DNA of 32,000 nt from an uncultured Actinomycetes bacterium (GTDB lineage Bacteria > Actinomycetota > Actinomycetes > S36-B12 > CAIYMF01), in contig CAWJMG010000003.1 in NCBI GenBank assembly GCA_963843975.1, positions 1,740,001 to 1,772,000 of the forward strand, given 5' to 3'. Positions 1 to 6,973 of this stretch are shown here, piece by piece. The first letter of the stretch is position 1; each line of letters starts with the position of its first letter. The notes below the pieces were generated by a model. It made no database searches. It saw nothing but the letters and a program-made list of their open reading frames with translations, and was not told where the DNA came from. The translations under genes and the position numbers were made by a program.

Positions 1-353
1 CGGCGCTCGGCGAGCGGGTGGCGTCGTGGCTCGTGGCGCCGTGGGCGTCGGGTGCTGACGCCGAGCATCCGGTGTGGGACTGGCAGGCGCATGCCTGGGG
101 TGGTCCGCGTCGTGTGCCGGCCGCGCCGGTGGTGCTGCTCGAGGGCGTCGGGCTCGGTGGTGCGCCGCTGCGGCCCCACGCCTCGCTGGTGGTCTGGCTC
201 GACGCCGACCCGGAGCTGCGCATCAGGCGCGTCGCCGAGCGCGACGGAGCCGAGGTCGCGGCGCACATGGACGCCTGGCGGGAGCGCGAGGCGGCCTGGC
301 ACGCGACCGACCGGACCGCGGAGCAGGCCGACGTCGTCCTCGCCACCGGCTGA
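1..353 (+). CDS. C-terminal part of a small P-loop kinase-like protein (uridine kinase / nucleotide kinase family); the 5' end lies outside the window
   Basis: The frame is open from the window edge to TGA at 351-353, with strong G/C at codon position 3. Residues VVLLEGVGLGG...LVVWLDADPELRIRRVAERDG resemble the Walker-B/lid region of small nucleoside or nucleotide kinases. Family call is from recollection only. Confidence 0.45.
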   Translation, partial: ALGERVASWLVAPWASGADAEHPVWDWQAHAWGGPRRVPAAPVVLLEGVGLGGAPLRPHASLVVWLDADPELRIRRVAERDGAEVAAHMDAWREREAAWHATDRTAEQADVVLATG

Positions 354-397
354 GCGTCGCTGCGCACGCCCGTCTGGTCCGTGCGAGGCTCGGTGCC

Positions 398-637
398 ATG
401 CAGCAGAGGGACGTCGTCGGGCCGGGCGGGCGACCGCTGTCCGAGCCGCACCCGTCTCGGCTCGCACCGGACCATCCCCGGAGGGGCGAGATCCTCGCCG
501 CGCACGATGCGGCGCTCGCCCACGAGGAGGACGGCTACGTCGACCCGGCGTCGGGCTGGTGGGTCTTCTCGGCTGCCCACCTGCTCGACCGCGGGCACTG
601 CTGCGAGAACGGCTGCCGGCACTGCCCCTATGTCTGA
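398..637 (+). CDS. DUF5522-like small protein with a C-terminal Cys cluster
   Basis: ATG at 398 lies in the frame of the 74..637 ORF. The C-terminus WWVFSAAHLLDRGHCCENGCRHCPY matches the hallmark I recall for DUF5522 proteins. Confidence 0.6.
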   Translation: MQQRDVVGPGGRPLSEPHPSRLAPDHPRRGEILAAHDAALAHEEDGYVDPASGWWVFSAAHLLDRGHCCENGCRHCPYV

Positions 638-658
638 GCTGGGGCGTCTGACCCGGGG

Positions 659-904
659 CTACTGGACGTGCAGCGCCTTGCGAGGGCAGGCGCGGGCGGC
701 CGCATCGGCCTGGCGCTGAAGGGACTTCGAGCTCAACGGGTCGCCCGACACGATGGGGTAGCCCCAGCTGTCGACTGCGACGAGGTCGGGCGCGAGGTGC
801 GAGCAGATGCCGACGCCGTCGCACACCGACGGGTCCAGCCGCAGGTGCGGGTGCGCCGGGTCGGCCTGGGGCCGCGCGGCACGCATCGGGGAGACGCGGC
901 TCAT
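659..904 (-). CDS. Small single-cluster ferredoxin, last gene of the ApbE operon
   Basis: This is the last 81 codons of the 659..2329 ORF. ATG at 904 overlaps the TGA of the upstream gene (ATGA, 901-904). The motif CDGVGICSHLAP...ACP is typical of small actinobacterial ferredoxins. Confidence 0.75.
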   Translation of the reverse strand: MSRVSPMRAARPQADPAHPHLRLDPSVCDGVGICSHLAPDLVAVDSWGYPIVSGDPLSSKSLQRQADAAARACPRKALHVQ

Positions 905-2211
905 GACTCCTCCTCCGGCAGCGGCATGACCGAGTGGTTGGGTGCGTCGCACGTGCGTCCCTTGCGGTGCCGGTGGACGTCGTCGGAGAAGACGTGCAGG
1001 CCGGACACCAGCATGCGCAGCGCGCCGTCGGGGTGGCGGCACGCTCCGCGCCCGGAGATCTCGCCGACGTACTTGTCGAGCGTGGCGCGACCGGAGCGGG
1101 AGAGCTTGCCGGCGGTGAGGTCGTCGACGAGCGAGGACGCCGCGGTGAGCCCGAACAGGCACGGGCCGCACTGGCGGGCGGACTGACCGGCGAGGTAGCG
1201 CAGCAGCCTGGCCGACTCCTCGATGCCGCACGCGTTCGCGGGCAGCGGCCCGACGAGGCCGGCGCCGACGGACAGCCCATGGTCGCGGAGCGCGGCGTTG
1301 TCGACGGGCAGGTGGGCGATGCGGTCCCAGGGCACCCACGAGCCGCCGTACCCGCCGAGCAGGACCGCCTGCGGGAGGCGGCCGTCGGGCGATCGCCAGG
1401 TGTGGGCGACCACGTCGCCGAAGGTCTCGTCCGGGCCGACCTCGACGACGGCGCGGTAGGTGTCGTTGATGACGGTGAGGAGGCTGGTCGGCGCGTAGCC
1501 GGCGACGCCGACGTGGGAGAGCAGCCCCGCGCGCGCCAGCGTCTCCGCGTTGTTGACGAGCACCGGCCGCTCGCCCTCGGACCACGGCCGGGCCGGGTCG
1601 GCGACCCAGCGCGGCAGCGTCGGGCCGCCCTCGAGGGTGCGGATGATGCCGGTGGCCTCGCCCGAGAGATAGCGGTCGGGCGCTGCGATCACGCGGATGG
1701 GCGGGTCGATCTCGCCCGCGGCCGCGCGCTCGGCGAGGGCGCGCGTGATCGAGCGGGCGGTCGCGAAGGCGCCGTCGTGGATCCAGACGACACCCTCGTT
1801 GGCCGCGAGCACCTCGATCGCGGCGACGAGGCCGTCGAGCACGAGGTGCGGTCGCGTCTGCAGGAGCACGGCGTCCTTGGCGCATCCGGGCTCGCCCTCG
1901 GCGGCGTTCGCGACGACCGTCGCACCGGGCCCGTGGGCCAGCACCGAGCGCCACTTGGCTGCGGCCGGGAAGTGACCGCCGCCTCGCCCGGTGAGGTGCA
2001 CGGCCTCGATCGCGGCGAGCAGGTCCTCGCCGAGCTGGCCGAGGTGCGAGAGGCGCGGCCCGAACGCTTCGCGGTGGGCCGCGAGGTCCTGGCGCGTCGC
2101 GCCGGTGAGCGACTCGGTGCCGTGCAGCGGCAGCACGGCCGCGTCGTCGAAGATCCGCGTGCCGCGGCGGGTGGCCGCCGCATCGTCCGCGAGGTGCAGG
2201 TGGTGGCTCAT
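901..2211 (-). CDS. NuoF-like protein (NADH-ubiquinone oxidoreductase-F iron-sulfur binding region family)
   Basis: 436-aa ORF. GRGGGHFPAAAKW resembles the NuoF nucleotide/FMN site. SARQCGPCLFG and GRGACRHPDG resemble the NuoF 4Fe-4S region. Four-nt ATGA overlaps occur at both ends (2208-2211 and 901-904). Confidence 0.8.
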   Translation of the reverse strand: MSHHLHLADDAAATRRGTRIFDDAAVLPLHGTESLTGATRQDLAAHREAFGPRLSHLGQLGEDLLAAIEAVHLTGRGGGHFPAAAKWRSVLAHGPGATVVANAAEGEPGCAKDAVLLQTRPHLVLDGLVAAIEVLAANEGVVWIHDGAFATARSITRALAERAAAGEIDPPIRVIAAPDRYLSGEATGIIRTLEGGPTLPRWVADPARPWSEGERPVLVNNAETLARAGLLSHVGVAGYAPTSLLTVINDTYRAVVEVGPDETFGDVVAHTWRSPDGRLPQAVLLGGYGGSWVPWDRIAHLPVDNAALRDHGLSVGAGLVGPLPANACGIEESARLLRYLAGQSARQCGPCLFGLTAASSLVDDLTAGKLSRSGRATLDKYVGEISGRGACRHPDGALRMLVSGLHVFSDDVHRHRKGRTCDAPNHSVMPLPEEES

Positions 2212-3002
2212 CCGAGCCTCCGGCCGCGGGTGTCGCCCTCTGGCTGGACCACGTGGGCCGACGACGGCGCGGCGGCACGGCCGGTGAGCTCGGAGGCGCG
2301 GACCGAGGCGAGCGCCTCGACCTCGTCACGCGGCCGGTCGCTGGTGTAGCGGCTCACGGCGACGGCGACCACGAGGCCGCCGGTGCCGACGTACAGCGCG
2401 AGCAGCGTCGGGGTGTCGATGCCGGCGAGGACGCCGTGCAGCCACACGAGCACGAGGGACACGATGGCCACCTTGTGCACCGGCCACCACACGCGTCGGG
2501 CGAGCCGACCGGCGAGCGCTGCGGTGAGACCCGCCGCGAATCCGGCGTACAGGCCGATCACGCCAAGGGTCACGGGCATCGGGCGGTACGTCGAGCCCAT
2601 CGGCACGAACGCGCCCCACCAGCCGACACCGGCGTACTTGTCGGTCGCGAGCACCACGATGTGGAGCACGGTGAACACGAGCGTGAAGACCGACAGGCTG
2701 ACGTGCGCCCGGATGCGCGTGGCAGCACTGGGCCAGCTGATGCGCGCCCTGGCCGGGTGCGAGAGCACGAGGCCGAACAGCACGAGCCCGACGAGCAGGA
2801 GGTACGACGTGATGCCGGCGGAGCGCCCGAGGATCCAGGGCGCCATCTTGTCGCCGGCGACGCGCTGGACGCCGACGCCGACGAGCCAGCTGGTCGCGAC
2901 CGCGCTGACGGTGACGCCGAGGACGAGACCGGTGCGCATCACGACGGAACGTGCGTCGATGCGGGACTGCCGGTCGACGCTGTCGACTCGCTCACGAGAC
3001 AC
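2208..3002 (-). CDS. Ferric-reductase-like (MsrQ/YedZ-type) transmembrane heme-b protein
   Basis: 264-aa ORF with about six hydrophobic helices. His residues inside helices (LSH, RAH, VLH, PVH, WLH) fit a bis-heme ferric-reductase transmembrane domain. GTG at 3002 overlaps the ApbE stop by 11 nt; ATG at 2939 is an alternative start. Confidence 0.75.
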   Translation of the reverse strand: MSRERVDSVDRQSRIDARSVVMRTGLVLGVTVSAVATSWLVGVGVQRVAGDKMAPWILGRSAGITSYLLLVGLVLFGLVLSHPARARISWPSAATRIRAHVSLSVFTLVFTVLHIVVLATDKYAGVGWWGAFVPMGSTYRPMPVTLGVIGLYAGFAAGLTAALAGRLARRVWWPVHKVAIVSLVLVWLHGVLAGIDTPTLLALYVGTGGLVVAVAVSRYTSDRPRDEVEALASVRASELTGRAAAPSSAHVVQPEGDTRGRRLG

Positions 3003-3969
3003 GGGACACCTGCCAGGCTACGTAGGGACGCATCTCCCGGCTGACGCCGACGTGACCGCCGGTGTCGATCCAGAGGGCTGCGAGGCCGTGCTCGTCGGCG
3101 AAGGACCGGATGGACCCGCGACCGAGCACGAAGAGGGACTTGCTCCAGACCTCGGCGATGCCGGGATCGGCGCCGACCACGGTCACCGACGCGAGGTCGG
3201 ACTCGGCGGGCATGCGCGTGCGAGGGTCGATGAGGTGGTGCACCTGGCGTTCGCCGACGGTCCACGAGCGGATCCGGGTGGACGAGGTGGCGATGCCGCG
3301 GTCGGTCACGCGCAGCACCGCTGCGGACTCGCCGCCGAAGGGGTTCTCGACGTCGACCATCCAGCCGGTGCCCTCGGGGCCACCGCCGAGCGCCATGAGG
3401 TCTCCCCCGGCCTCGGCAAGCACGGCGTCGCCGCTGCCCGCGAGGATCTCCGATGCCCAGGTGACCGCGAGGCCCTTGCCGATGCCGCCCAGGTCGACGG
3501 GTTCGGGGCCGATGCGCACCGACGAGCGCTCCTCGTCGAACTCGGGCTTCCAGCGGCGTACCGGCTGCCAGCGCCGACGCGCCTTCGGGAGCTCGTGGTC
3601 GGGCATCGCGAGGGTGCGCTCGGCGAAGGGCAGCGAGCGGTCATAGCCGATCGACTTCAGGACCGTGAGGACCCGCGGGTCGAAGAGGCCGTCGGTGAGC
3701 CGGTGGGCCTCGGCGGCGAGCACGAGGGCCTCGAAGCACTCGGGCGCCACCTGCTGCCACTGCGTGCCGGCGGCGTTCGCCCGCATGAGATCGCTCGCGG
3801 GGTCGAAACGCGTGCAGGTGGAGGCCACCGCCTCGACCGTCTCCTGCGCCTTCGCGACCGCGGCCTCGGCGCCCGCTCCCGGGCGCACGACCCAGAAGCG
3901 GACGTCTGAGGCCATCGAACGGAAGGTGTGCTGCAGGTCAGAGCGGTCGGGGCGGAGGTCCACGGGCAT
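2992..3969 (-). CDS. apbE: FAD:protein FMN transferase (ApbE family)
   Basis: 325-aa ORF. The N-terminus FRSMASDVRFWV aligns with the usual ApbE F-x-AMGT start. The motifs DLGGIGKG, RGIATSS and HHLIDPRTG-like HHLIDPRTRMP are ApbE hallmarks. No hydrophobic signal peptide or lipobox precedes them. Confidence 0.9.
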   Translation of the reverse strand: MPVDLRPDRSDLQHTFRSMASDVRFWVVRPGAGAEAAVAKAQETVEAVASTCTRFDPASDLMRANAAGTQWQQVAPECFEALVLAAEAHRLTDGLFDPRVLTVLKSIGYDRSLPFAERTLAMPDHELPKARRRWQPVRRWKPEFDEERSSVRIGPEPVDLGGIGKGLAVTWASEILAGSGDAVLAEAGGDLMALGGGPEGTGWMVDVENPFGGESAAVLRVTDRGIATSSTRIRSWTVGERQVHHLIDPRTRMPAESDLASVTVVGADPGIAEVWSKSLFVLGRGSIRSFADEHGLAALWIDTGGHVGVSREMRPYVAWQVSRVS

Positions 3970-4427
3970 CAGCCTGAGGCGCCGGTGGTCGTGTTGGTCG
4001 GCGGCGGCGGCGTCGCCGGCTTCGGGGCCGGCTTGGTGGCGGGCTTGCTGACCGTGGTCGTCTTCTTGGTCGAGGTGGTGCCCGACGAGGAGGACTTCCG
4101 GGTGGTGCCCGAGCTCGAGTACGAGCGCGAGGAGGTGCCGCTGCTGCCCGAGCCGGTGACGACGGAGGTCGCCTTCTTCCTGAGCGCGTCCACCTTCTTG
4201 GTGAGGGCCGCGATCTTCTTCTTCTCCTTCGCGACGTCCTTGCGGAGCTGCGCGACGGCGGGGTCGACCGTGGGCGTGGCCGCGGCCGGCGTGGTCGCGG
4301 CGGGTGCGGCCGCGGTCACCGGCTGGTTCTCTGCCGCCCAGACGGTGGTGCCGGTGAAGACGGCGGCTGCGAGCGGGGCCACGAGGGCCGCCGCGGTCCA
4401 GCGCGCACGGGTGCCGCGGTCAGTCAT
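3969..4427 (-). CDS. Secreted or membrane-anchored coiled-coil, Lys- and Ser/Thr/Pro-rich protein (paralog B)
   Basis: ATG at 4427 is preceded by GAGGGTGG. The N-terminus RARWTAAALVAPLAAAVFTGTTVWA is signal-like. The heptad-like stretch VAQLRKDVAKEKKKIAALTKKVDALRKK is followed by S/T/K low complexity, and the protein ends PPPPTNTTTGASG. Its stop shares one nt with the apbE ATG (TGATG at 3967-3971). Confidence 0.65.
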   Translation of the reverse strand: MTDRGTRARWTAAALVAPLAAAVFTGTTVWAAENQPVTAAAPAATTPAAATPTVDPAVAQLRKDVAKEKKKIAALTKKVDALRKKATSVVTGSGSSGTSSRSYSSSGTTRKSSSSGTTSTKKTTTVSKPATKPAPKPATPPPPTNTTTGASG

Positions 4428-4890
4428 CGTCGCCACCCTCGTGCTCGTCGTCGTCCTCGCCACCGGTGCTGCCGCTCGCCTGCGTCGTGGTGTGCGGCGT
4501 CGGCTTGGGCGCCGGGGCGGTGCTGTGCGCCTGCGAGCGGGTGGTGGTCCTGGTCTCGTGCGTGCGGACCGCGGTCTGGGCGCGGGCAGCGGCGCGGGCC
4601 GCGGCCTTGGCCGCCGCGAGCTTCACGGCCTTGGCGTGCTCGAGCGCCTTCGCGGCCGCCGACACGTCGGTGCCGAGCGCCTCGCTCGTGGCGCGGAGGG
4701 TGGCGAGCTCGTCCTCGAGCAGCGAGATGCTGCCGTCGGCGACCGCCGGGGCGGACTCGGGGGTGGTGGCGGCTGCGGGCGACGCCGTCGTGAGCGCTGC
4801 GGTGAGCCCCGATGCGACGGCCACTCCGCCGGTCGCCAGAACCCCCGTCGCTGCCACGGCTGTGGCGATCATTCTCTGCGTAGGTCGCAT
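4420..4890 (-). CDS. Secreted coiled-coil, Ala/Thr-rich protein with an acidic tail (paralog A); first gene of the operon
   Basis: ATG at 4890 is preceded by GAGGAGGA five nt upstream. The N-terminus MRPTQRMIATAVAATGVLATGGVAVASG is signal-like. The Ala-rich helix LLEDELATLRATSEAL...AAKAAARAAARAQ follows, and the tail is APAPKPTPHTTTQASGSTGGEDDDEHEGGDDD. The longer TTG/ATG-extended ORF (to 4998) runs through the upstream repeat region and is unlikely. Confidence 0.65.
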   Translation of the reverse strand: MRPTQRMIATAVAATGVLATGGVAVASGLTAALTTASPAAATTPESAPAVADGSISLLEDELATLRATSEALGTDVSAAAKALEHAKAVKLAAAKAAARAAARAQTAVRTHETRTTTRSQAHSTAPAPKPTPHTTTQASGSTGGEDDDEHEGGDDD

Positions 4891-4954
4891 GTCGTCCTCC
4901 TCGTTGCCGTGGGTCAAGCATCGGCAATCCCGGGCCGGAGATCCCCCCCGTGAG

Positions 4955-4993
4955 GTCCAAGAATCGGTCCGGCTTGTCCAAGATCTGTCCAAG
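4955..4993 (-). promoter_or_regulatory. Three direct repeats of GTCCAAG (+ strand; CTTGGAC on the coding strand) upstream of the ApbE operon
   Basis: Exact 7-mers lie at 4955-4961, 4976-4982 and 4987-4993, spaced 21 and 11 bp apart. They sit 65-103 nt upstream of the ATG at 4890, in a locally lower-GC stretch. Confidence 0.45.
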
Positions 4994-5131
4994 GTCACCG
5001 AGGGTGAGCAGATAACGGTCGCCCCGTGACGCTGAACGGGTGATGCGGCGTGCTCAGCGCGAGCGGGTAAGGCTCCCCTCAGTGACGATCGCAGCCGTCG
5101 CCGAGCCCGGCCCGCCCTGCCGCCGGCGCCT

Positions 5132-6046
5132 CTAGAGGGTTGCCGCCGCGAACGTGTCGCAGCGCCGGGCGTCGCCCGTGGAGTAGCCGGTCGAGAGCCA
5201 GCGCTGACGCTGCGCGGAGGTGCCGTGGGTGAACTGCTCGGGGATGACGCGGCCCGCCGTCCGCTGCTGGATGCGGTCGTCTCCGATGACGCTGGCGGCG
5301 TCGAGCCCGTCGGCGATGTCGGCCTGGGTCAGGCTGTCGACGAAGCCGGTGCGGACGGCGTTGCGCGCCCAGACCCCGGCGAAGCAGTCGGCCTGCAGCT
5401 CGAGCCGCACCGCGCCGCTCTCCGGCCCCTGGCGGTCGCGGCCGACGAGCGTGTCGTAGCCCGTGATGTGCTGGACGTGGTGGCCGTACTCGTGGGCGAT
5501 CACGTACGTCTCGGCGAACACGCCGCCCTGGGCACCGAAGTCGCGACGCAGCTGGTCGAAGAACCCGAGGTCGAGGTACACCGTCTCGTCCGCCGGGCAG
5601 TAGAAGGGGCCGACGTCTGAGGTCGCGGGGCCGCAGCCGGTGTCGACGCTGCCGGTGAAGAACACCGTGACGGCCTTGCGGTAGGGCGTCTTCCCGCCGA
5701 GCGCCGTGCCCCAGTACGCCTGCACGCTGTTGACCGCGGCGACGATGCGGCACTCGGGGATCGTGTCGGCGTCGGCGCCGGTCCGACAGGTGGCCGCGAG
5801 GTCCTGGCCGGTCTGGGTGCCCTGCACCTGCTGCTGCGTGCCGTCGCCGCCGAAGCCTCCGCTCAGCAGGAAGATCACCACGCCCATCGCGATGAGCCCG
5901 GTGATGCCGCCGCCGAAGATCTTGTACGCCGCCCCGCCGGCCATCACGGCGCCCGCGCTCCCACCCCCGCCGCCCCCGGACGAGGAACGTCCACGGCGGT
6001 CCTGGATCTGCGAGGTGTCGAGCTGCGCGTCGTCGTCGAAGTCCAC
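5132..6046 (-). CDS. YpfJ-family neutral zinc metallopeptidase, membrane-anchored
   Basis: HEYGHH zinc motif, N-terminus DFDDDAQLDTSQIQDRRG, a Gly-rich linker and one TM segment, as in YpfJ-like proteins. GTG at 6046 has GGGAGG upstream; the track's longer start at 6100 is possible. Confidence 0.8.
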   Translation of the reverse strand: MDFDDDAQLDTSQIQDRRGRSSSGGGGGGSAGAVMAGGAAYKIFGGGITGLIAMGVVIFLLSGGFGGDGTQQQVQGTQTGQDLAATCRTGADADTIPECRIVAAVNSVQAYWGTALGGKTPYRKAVTVFFTGSVDTGCGPATSDVGPFYCPADETVYLDLGFFDQLRRDFGAQGGVFAETYVIAHEYGHHVQHITGYDTLVGRDRQGPESGAVRLELQADCFAGVWARNAVRTGFVDSLTQADIADGLDAASVIGDDRIQQRTAGRVIPEQFTHGTSAQRQRWLSTGYSTGDARRCDTFAAATL

Positions 6047-6137
6047 CTGAGGCCTCCCTGCTCCCGGGCCCACCGTAGGGCGGGAGCCCCTGCGGCGCAC
6101 CGGGTCGTGGGACCGATGTACCGGCGCCGCGCAAGAC

Positions 6138-6166
6138 GAAGGCCCGGCTCGAGGAGCCGGGCCTTC
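6138..6166 (-). terminator. Perfect 13-bp-stem hairpin downstream of the acidic-protein gene
   Basis: gaaggcccggctc-gag-gagccgggccttc (arms 6138-6150 and 6154-6166). It lies about 100 nt after the 6270 stop on the minus strand and has only a weak T run. A second 8-bp stem lies at 6199-6220. Confidence 0.5.
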
Positions 6167-6269
6167 GTCGAGGGGCCGGCGAGAGCCAGCCCCGACACGC
6201 GGCCGGTGAGGGCCGGCCGCGTGCGGGATCGTGCGGGTGATTCGGCGCAGCGATGCTGCGCTGGTGCGA

Positions 6270-6818
6270 CTAGTTGTCGCCGTGACCCTGGTCGGCGGTG
6301 CCGTCGTCGTCGCTGGACGCGGTGCCGGTGGTGCCGGCCGACGGGGAAGCGTCGTCCGAGCCGTGGCCGCTGCCGGAGTGGTCGTCGTCGCCGTCGTCGT
6401 GGCCCGAGCTGTTCGAGCCGCGGCCCGAGTTGTCCTCGTCGGAGTCGTTGTCGTCGGCCTCGTCCGCGTCGTCGTCGCCGTTCAGGTCGTCGCTCACGCC
6501 GTCGGGACGGTCGCCGCCGTGGTCGTCACCGGCGTCGTGGGTGGCGCTGACGGTCGGGTCGGCCGACGCGGTGCTGTCGTCGTTGACGTCCTCGGTGGCG
6601 TCGTCGGAGACAGAGGCGGTCGCCGTCGGGTCCGCGGAGACGCTGTCGTCGGCCGACGGGCTGTCGTCGGCGGACGGCGACTGGCTGGGGTTCGCGTTCT
6701 CGAGCTGGTCCTGGACCGAGTCGGTGCCGCGGGCCGGGAGCGTCGCCGCGGCGGCGGCGGTGCCGCCCACGAGCACGACGGCCGTGGCCATGACTGCTGC
6801 GATCTTGATGTTCCTCAT
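6270..6818 (-). CDS. Secreted, extremely acidic Asp/Ser/Gly/His-rich low-complexity protein
   Basis: 182-aa ORF with AAGGA upstream of the ATG. The signal-like N-terminus is MRNIKIAAVMATAVVLVGGTAAAAA. The rest is dominated by D, S, G and H (for example GDDHGGDRPDG and HDDGDDDHSGSGHGSDD). No recognisable domain. Confidence 0.6.
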   Translation of the reverse strand: MRNIKIAAVMATAVVLVGGTAAAAATLPARGTDSVQDQLENANPSQSPSADDSPSADDSVSADPTATASVSDDATEDVNDDSTASADPTVSATHDAGDDHGGDRPDGVSDDLNGDDDADEADDNDSDEDNSGRGSNSSGHDDGDDDHSGSGHGSDDASPSAGTTGTASSDDDGTADQGHGDN

Positions 6819-6901
6819 GGTGGCTGTCCTTCGCTTCTTCGTTGACGTCCCCTGACGAGAAGGACGCTACGGAGGCGTCGTCCGAGAAGTCACCGGAGAT
6901 C

Positions 6902-6925
6902 GTCCAACGTTCATCCAAGGCTTGG
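6902..6925 (-). promoter_or_regulatory. Second copy of the 11-bp-phased GTCCAA(G)-type repeat, upstream of the acidic-protein gene
   Basis: GTCCAAc at 6902-6908 and aTCCAAG at 6913-6919 are spaced 11 bp apart. The second copy is part of the palindrome CCAAGGCTTGG (6915-6925). The site is 84-107 nt upstream of the ATG at 6818, in the same orientation relative to the gene as 4955-4993. Confidence 0.4.
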
Positions 6926-6973
6926 CTCACCTTCTGCCGAGCCCTCGACGGCCCTCTGACCTGCGGCGATGTG

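Noticed and set aside
659-2329. 556-aa Arg/Pro-rich ORF overlapping the NuoF-like gene
   Set aside because: Only the last 81 codons (the ferredoxin, 659-904) look like protein. The rest is an out-of-frame reading of the NuoF-like gene with RRRPRR-type composition.
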